A program made the translations under genes and the position numbers. Positions 57,580-64,000 of a stretch of 64,000 nt of DNA are shown piece by piece. Position 1 is the stretch's first letter. Each line of letters opens with the position of its first letter. Source of the DNA: Octopus vulgaris (taxonomy: Eukaryota); the NCBI GenBank assembly GCA_951406725.2, contig OX597819.1, positions 127,844,001 to 127,908,000 of the forward strand, in the 5' to 3' direction. The notes under the pieces were generated by a model, which was not told the DNA's origin, made no database searches, and worked only from the letters and a program-made list of their open reading frames with translations.

Positions 57580-58360
57580 ACATTAGATTCCTTTCCTAAT
57601 CATCATTTCGGTGAGGTCGATCACCACTATTTGACGGTTTGCCCAGCGAAAGCCGGTTCTGGCCCTGCCTTCCGTGGTTGAACCGCCACTACATACAGCG
57701 AAATCTGCTCGTTGGTAAGGGGGAATGACCACATATCGCAACCATTTAGTATTACGCTTTCGATCAGTCAAAGTTCTCTCTTCTGTGTGCATTGTCACTA
57801 TGGCCACAACTGCGGAAAATAGAGACTTTGAAGGGTATTCCACGCGAACTAATTCACGAAAGGTGTATTGATATTTTCAGACGGCGTGACAACCACAGTG
57901 TCAGATTCCAGGTACATCAAAGTGATCGACACTACTGTAATTGACTACGAAATCAAGCAAAAAATTGGGTTTGCAGCGCAGTACCTGGACAGGTAGGTCC
58001 ATCACATCCAACAGCATTGTGAGACGCTGGACAGAGTTATTAAATTGCTGAAGGTTTGACTTGGTCCAGATTTCAGAGAGGAGAAGACGTGAGATCGTGT
58101 GACGAGCAGTGTGTTCAGTATCACGTAGGAATGGGCTCAGAGAATGCTAGACCCAATACGTCGAGCAGAGGTTGAGAATGCCTACTACCGTTAGATCCTG
58201 CTTGAGTATTACGGAAATGGACCGTCTGATCCACTTGTTGTGGAGTGGACGCTCAGGTGTTTCATTTATTGTCAACATCTGCTGCATTGAGGACAAGGCA
58301 AGCCATGCCTGATGATGCACATATATAAGGTGAGGCTGCAACTTCTCCAGTGGTTTGCGC
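57580..58360 (-). mobile_element. Probable decayed Gypsy (CsRN1/Kabuki-like) gag-protease remnant
   Basis: Ordered motif relics across frameshifts: KLQPH..QAWLA, SYVILNTLLVTR, RLLLSE.LDQVKPSA, LPVQV, LTDRK..VVIPP, GFRW. Confidence 0.4.
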
Positions 58361-58956
58361 TTGATGTGCAGATCAAGATGGAGTTCTGGGACCTAGAGTG
58401 TCGTCAGGTGCTGTCACTCCACTTTCAATAGTGAGTAAGTGGATAGGGAAGTGCGATGACACTCTCGGAGATACATTGGGTGTCGACGAAAATCATCTAG
58501 CAGGTATATCCTTGAGGACTTTCGGATAATTTCTAATCCTTTGTCTAGTAGTGGTATTAGGCAGCATTGTCTATCCAAAATGAACTTTATAGACATAGTG
58601 CTGTCAGGTAGGCCTACCCAAGTGGTGCGCAGGGCAACGAAACTATTCTGTAGGAATAGTCCTCATTTGTTTGGGTGCTTTGACGAAAGAGGTTGTGGGG
58701 AGAACATGACTGAAAGTGCTGAAGGATGACATCTCCCTCCGTGGACTAGCCTTTAGCATCATTTTTAAAGTTTCACTTCAAAAGGAGAGTGATGGTTGAA
58801 AGGAAAGTATTGCCTTCCAGCGAATTCGTCGAAAGAAGAGAGTGACGAGGATGTCCCGGGCGAACGGGTTTGATCTGATTATGCGATCTAAAACCCTGCC
58901 TTTCCCAGCTCCATTTGGCAAAGACAAAGAGAGTCTACCACAGCAGCAACAACAAT

Positions 58957-59260
58957 TGAGGCGCAATGGCCCAGTGGTTAGGGCAGCGAACTTGCGGTTA
59001 GAGGATCGCGGTTTCGATTCCCAGACCGGGCGTTGTGTGTGTTTATTGAGCGAAAACACCTAAAGCTCCACGACTCTCCGGCAGGGGATGGTAGCGACCC
59101 TGTTGTACTCTTTTTCCCCAACTTTCTCTCACTCTTTCTTCCTGTTTCTTGTCCCCTGACTTCCTACGCAACCGCTGAGCCTGAATGCGCATTCATCCCT
59201 CCTTCGATGCTCTCGGTGTCGGGGGTTGACCTGCTTTCTCTTCTGCGGGTCTTACGAAGG
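58957..59260 (+). mobile_element. SINE family C
   Basis: gaggcgcaatggcccagtggttagggcagcg...ggtttcgattcccagaccgggcg; flanked on both sides by cagcaacaacaat. Confidence 0.8.
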
Positions 59261-60003
59261 GCAAAGGACTATGTTTCGGACTTCTACCATCTTGCGAGCT
59301 CTGGGACGAAGACCGTTCGCTCAACAGCAACAGCAACAGCAGCAACAACAATATCTGGCTCAAAATGATGAAGAAGTAACCCCTCCTTGCAGTACCAATC
59401 CATCCATTTATGCGGATGGAAAGGAAACGTTTTCAAAAGGATGAGCTAACGGATAAGAACCTGACGGCTAAAACATGAGATTTTACCACATCCTTGAAGA
59501 ATCTTTCTCCGCTGAAGAATCTTTCTCATATCATATAAAGGATAGCCAATGATGAGCAAGAGCAAGACACCCTCGACCCAAATGCCATGAAAACTAACAG
59601 TCATTCGCAAAAATAACGAAATTCTAATAAATATTTATACAATCTACATGAGAAATACCCATATGATAAACGAATCAAGAAGGATGTTGGATTACACCTT
59701 GAACAGTATTTTTTAAAAACAGCGGAGTTATGGTTCAAATTGAGGATAGACTTTACTGTAGCCGCTTATTGCCCCATATAACGAGAACCCCTTACAGAAT
59801 ATTTGGGAATTTCCGACCCTGAAAAATACTATGATGAAGCACACCGCAGGTATTATTAGGGAACTAAGTACCCTGATGAACAGCAGTGGAGATTTGTATT
59901 TTTTATAAATATGTTGTGTTAATTAGTGTTTGTTTTGTCGCGACTTTATATTTACTCCCGTATAAGTTTTTATGTTTTGTAAATTTTTATTTGTCCAGTT
60001 ATA

Positions 60004-60390
60004 TCTTTATATATAAAAGTGAAGTTGTGTGTCTGTCTTCTACGATTTAGATTCCTAACTCCTCCCACATTTTGTGGTGCAGTTTAACCAAAACCGGGTA
60101 TCTTATAGTCGTGATTCATATCGAGCCCTTCTGGGTATTAGCGCGCGTCTACGATGAGTCTACGATTTAAAAAAAAAATTACCATAATCTTTTCCCATTT
60201 TTTTGCTATTATATAAGGGAAGTAACTCTCTAAAAATATATTATTAAATCTCAGAACGTAAAAAGCTACAGTAACACCACCCCCATTTGTGGTTAGCCAT
60301 ATTGAGATGGCTATTATACTTTACATCTCTAAAAATGCTTATATAGTTATTTCCCTTACAAACCCAAGCAAGGCCAGGCGATACTGCTAG
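60004..60390 (+). mobile_element. Non-autonomous Helitron (family H1)
   Basis: A|TCtttatatataaaa ... cccaagcaaggccaggcgatactgCTAG|T; the 5' ~170 bp is shared with the copy at 47703. Confidence 0.82.
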
Positions 60391-60779
60391 TATTGTATAA
60401 AGTCTCATCGTGTAACTTCTCCATTCCATCACTTGCATCTTTGTAAACACCTTCTTGATGTTACCTTGTATTTTTTAGTATCGATTCAAAGCTTTGAGGT
60501 CAGTTAAAAAGATCATCGTACTCGTCGTCATCACCATTTTCATCCTTTATTCATATACTCTTTGACTCTTTAACTTGTTTCAGTCATTTCTCTCATGTCC
60601 ATTTATGTTATCTCTATTTTATTCCAGGTCCGTGCTCCATTCGAAAGCACTTGTTGGACATCACTCCACAAATCAACTATTCTCGGGCACTTACTTTGTG
60701 CTTGCAAGACTGTTTCGTTGATCTACATGTAACTAGAACAAGCTTGGATTGCGGCACAATTCTCCTTATAAGGTTACAA

Positions 60780-61060
60780 GTAAAACGGTCAAAGTATTTC
60801 TGAAAGATGTTAATGAATACCGAGATGAGATGAAGATCTTCCGAAATATTATTTGATCTTCACTAATGGCTAGAATCAATGCCAAAGCATCATTGTTCTT
60901 TCTTTCTTCATCACTGTCCCAGTCGGGGGTATATGCAGATAAAAGTCCGAAGATACTGGCTTCGATACCTTTCACCTCTTTGAACAGAAATATGCGGGTC
61001 CAAGAGGTTCGTCCGTGTCTTATGATTCAGCCTTGTTTCGCCAATTAATTCAAGCAAGCT
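60780..61060 (-). mobile_element. Possible Copia gag remnant
   Basis: EERKNNDALALILAISEDQIIF resembles the Copia gag KDxKALxxIxLxVxDxQL segment. Confidence 0.3.
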
Positions 61061-61698
61061 GAAAGAAGACCACACTTCAATGCAGTTTAAATGAGCATGT
61101 GACTGCGTACCAAAAATCCTGTTCCTGCTAACGGTTACCACAATCCCTCTGTAATGATCTGAGTTTGCTTAGTAATCTTCTTTCAAGCCAACATCAAACC
61201 GCGTGCATTTATACAACCTACAACTTGTCGTCCAATTTCGACGGAGAAAAAAATAGCGTTAAAATGTCTTAGTTGAGAAGTATAAGTATTCTTGTCTCTT
61301 TTGTAGGGAAGAATTTTTGAAAACAGGCGGCAAGAATTTACTCGTCATTTGGGAAGAAGAATTATTGTGTGTTTGTCTGCTGGTTTTGCTATTCTTCTTA
61401 TTTCCCAACGGACGTAAGTCCCTTAAGTAATTCGTCTTTTATACAACCCCTCCCAATCACCAATGTAAAATCTCACATTGGTGATGCATCGACAGTCTGA
61501 CGATAGTTCCTCACTGAAATTCTACAGACGCAACTACCGCCCAAATGTACAAGGTACTTTTATTGACACAACATCCCCTTTCATACAACACACACTACGT
61601 TTCAAAAAGTTGTTACGAGGAGAAAGGGAGATGTAAAAGCATAACACATCATGAGTGCGTGTATGTAAATGTACAGATGTGTGTGTATGCGCACGTGC

Positions 61699-61740
<42 letters not shown>

Positions 61741-62379
61741 GAGAGAGTGTGCGTGTGCAGATTTCTTTTGGGTTACAATTACTTCAGGTCACTGGGATTA
61801 AAGCTTACTTACGGATGTTGTAAGATATGTCCAATGGTTTCGAGATGTATATCCCAAATGGCTAATATTTTAGTATTATCTAGAAATGAAATCCACAACC
61901 TGTTTCCGATATATCCTTTCGGGTGCAGAGATTGGTTTGCAGCTGCTATTTCATTGTAGCAATCACTCATTGCATCGTGAGAAAGACATTCACAGACAAT
62001 GCCTTGACATTTTGTGAAAAGTTTTGTTGGATCATTTCGAATTCACAACCAGAAACCCCTAGCGGACAGCTAATAATCATTTGATAATCATGTGATAAAC
62101 ATTTCTTCATCGTATTCCTGGGGATTAGAAATTTGAAAATTCAAAAGAAAAAAGATGCTTAGGAACATATAGTTATTAATTTTCTTTTATGCTTTTTACA
62201 TTTACGAAATTCTTAAAATTTCTTGTCAGTTGAAATCATGTGGGGCTTATTCTTTCTTCTTAGAAATCTTCAGCATAGGCTTTCAAAAATAATTGCACTA
62301 AAAATAAGATAAATAGTAGTAAAACAGTTTGGTTAATTATTCCATAATCTAATCTGCCATTGCAGTTTCGTGAAGCTAT

Positions 62380-63340
62380 TATTAGGAATTTTCCAAAGAA
62401 TTCTAGGTATTACTCTATTATCAACTCACATACAGTTAGGATTGGTTTTTCCAACACAAAAAAATCTCTTACAAATTATCTCTTCACATAATAACAACGT
62501 GTTAAATATTAATACATTTACTAATACTAACATTAATTTAGCTAATACCATCCATCCCTCTAGAAATATTAATAACAAGGTTATTGTATCTGAAGTCAAT
62601 TCCAACAGAATTAAGTTTATGTCAAGTAACTCTAAAATTAAAAATTCTATATACCAGTGTAAAATTATTACTCATAATAAAGTACAGTTTTACATTGCAC
62701 GTCTTTACAGTTATCTAAAAGAATATCTATCCATTACTCAACATTTAGGGATAGGAATAAACGTAACGGTACAGGGCTCAGTAAATTAATTTGGGATCTA
62801 AAAGACCGCAATGACCAATTTCATTTAGAATGGTTGATTCTCTCAATCTCCATACCTTATGACAAAGGCAAGGAGTTATGTCTTCTCTCTAATTCTGAAC
62901 TATTTTTCATTATTTTGTTCTAAAAAGCCCCTAGTAAACACGGCTATAGAGAGTGCATACCGATGTAAACAATGGCAAAAACATACCTTTAGTTCATATA
63001 AATAATCTATATCATTATATATAATTTAAACATTAATTTTCTTTTTATATTTAATATTCACTAAAAAATGCATTTTTTCCTAGTTTATAAGGTTTTATTT
63101 AATATACATATAGTCATATACATCTCATTTCTTTAACTTTTCCTTAATTTATTCCTCCTCTTTCTATAGGCTACCTCATATAACCTTTTTTCAAACAATA
63201 TTAATAGCGTTCAGTAAATCACTATACATATCCATCATTTCTTCACTTCCCTGAAGAGAAGATTACATTGTTTTGCACCAATAATATTTCTTTGGAATAA
63301 TATCAATGATATCTTCGAAATATGTGTTGGAAGTAAACTC
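62380..63340 (+). mobile_element. Penelope-like element 3' part: linker, GIY-YIG endonuclease and 3' region with HHR
   Basis: NLLQIISSHNNNVL; NSIYQCKIITHNKVQFYI; LSKLIWDLKDRNDQFHLEWLIL..PYDKGKELCLL; hammerhead downstream in the same orientation. Confidence 0.8.
63245..63334 (+). ncRNA. Type I hammerhead ribozyme with long stem II
   Basis: ACTTCC-CTGAAGA-GAAGAT..cattg...caatg..ATCTTC-GAAA-tatgtgt-T|GGAAGT; perfect 6-bp stem I; stem III slightly decayed. Confidence 0.75.
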
Positions 63341-63350
63341 CATATAAACT

Positions 63351-63441
<91 letters not shown>

Positions 63442-63480
63442 CATATATATATATATATATATACATACATATATATATAT

Positions 63481-63519
<39 letters not shown>

Positions 63520-63578
63520 CATATATATATATATATATACATACATATATATATACATACATATATATATATATATAT

Positions 63579-63639
<61 letters not shown>

Positions 63640-64000
63640 CATTCTAAACAGGTTAACGTGCAGGTTGAACTACAGATGCCTGTGGAAAATAGGAGGAAAA
63701 TCATCGAAAGCAGTGGTCATCCCATAATAACCCCAAGAAAACCAGAGCCTATGCCATGGACAGCTGTTATCTCATGTAACAGATCCGAAGACCACAATTG
63801 CTATAGCAAAGAATAATAATTTCTGGTGACCAATACTTATAAAGCTGAATTAATGTTCTACTAATATTCGGTGTCAACCCCAGAATTAGTTTTCTACACC
63901 ATTGATGACATGTACTAAAGCGGTTTCACATTCATATATACATAGTGTTATCACGACGCATGTAGTACTTAGAAGAGTACAATATTGATAACTTTAATAA

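Noticed and set aside
58957-59030. tRNA-like sequence
   Set aside because: It is the head of SINE family C; it continues into the SINE body and has no clean cloverleaf.
59590-59890. TVIRKNNEILINIY as a Penelope RT relic, plus a ctgatga
   Set aside because: Only a single weak motif, and no hammerhead fold.

Overview
Eukaryotic, AT-rich, repeat-saturated non-genic DNA. The SINE families and the very high (TA)n/(TATG)n/(CA)n/(TATC)n density suggest an octopod cephalopod (inference). I found no host protein-coding exon, rRNA, true tRNA or CRISPR array; nearly all ORFs in the track are microsatellite read-through. The window holds: (1) decayed DNA transposons: an IS630/Tc1-type element with ~230-bp TIRs, a Tc1, a mariner and a Tigger-like MITE; (2) non-autonomous Helitrons and one Helentron/HINE-like element; (3) 5'-truncated LINEs: RTE, CR1-like, and two R4/Dong-like copies in (TAA)n; (4) probable Gypsy and Copia remnants; (5) Penelope-like (PLE) RT and GIY-YIG fragments; (6) four SINE families. 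The most interesting signal is about 12 type I hammerhead ribozyme (HHR) motifs from about 9 unrelated sequence families. Three fold completely by eye (17213-17276, 25003-25047, 35909-35955) and a fourth nearly so (63245-63334). Several sit in or beside near-perfect palindromes, one of which places two HHR copies back to back. All folds and alignments were made by eye, and element boundaries are approximate.
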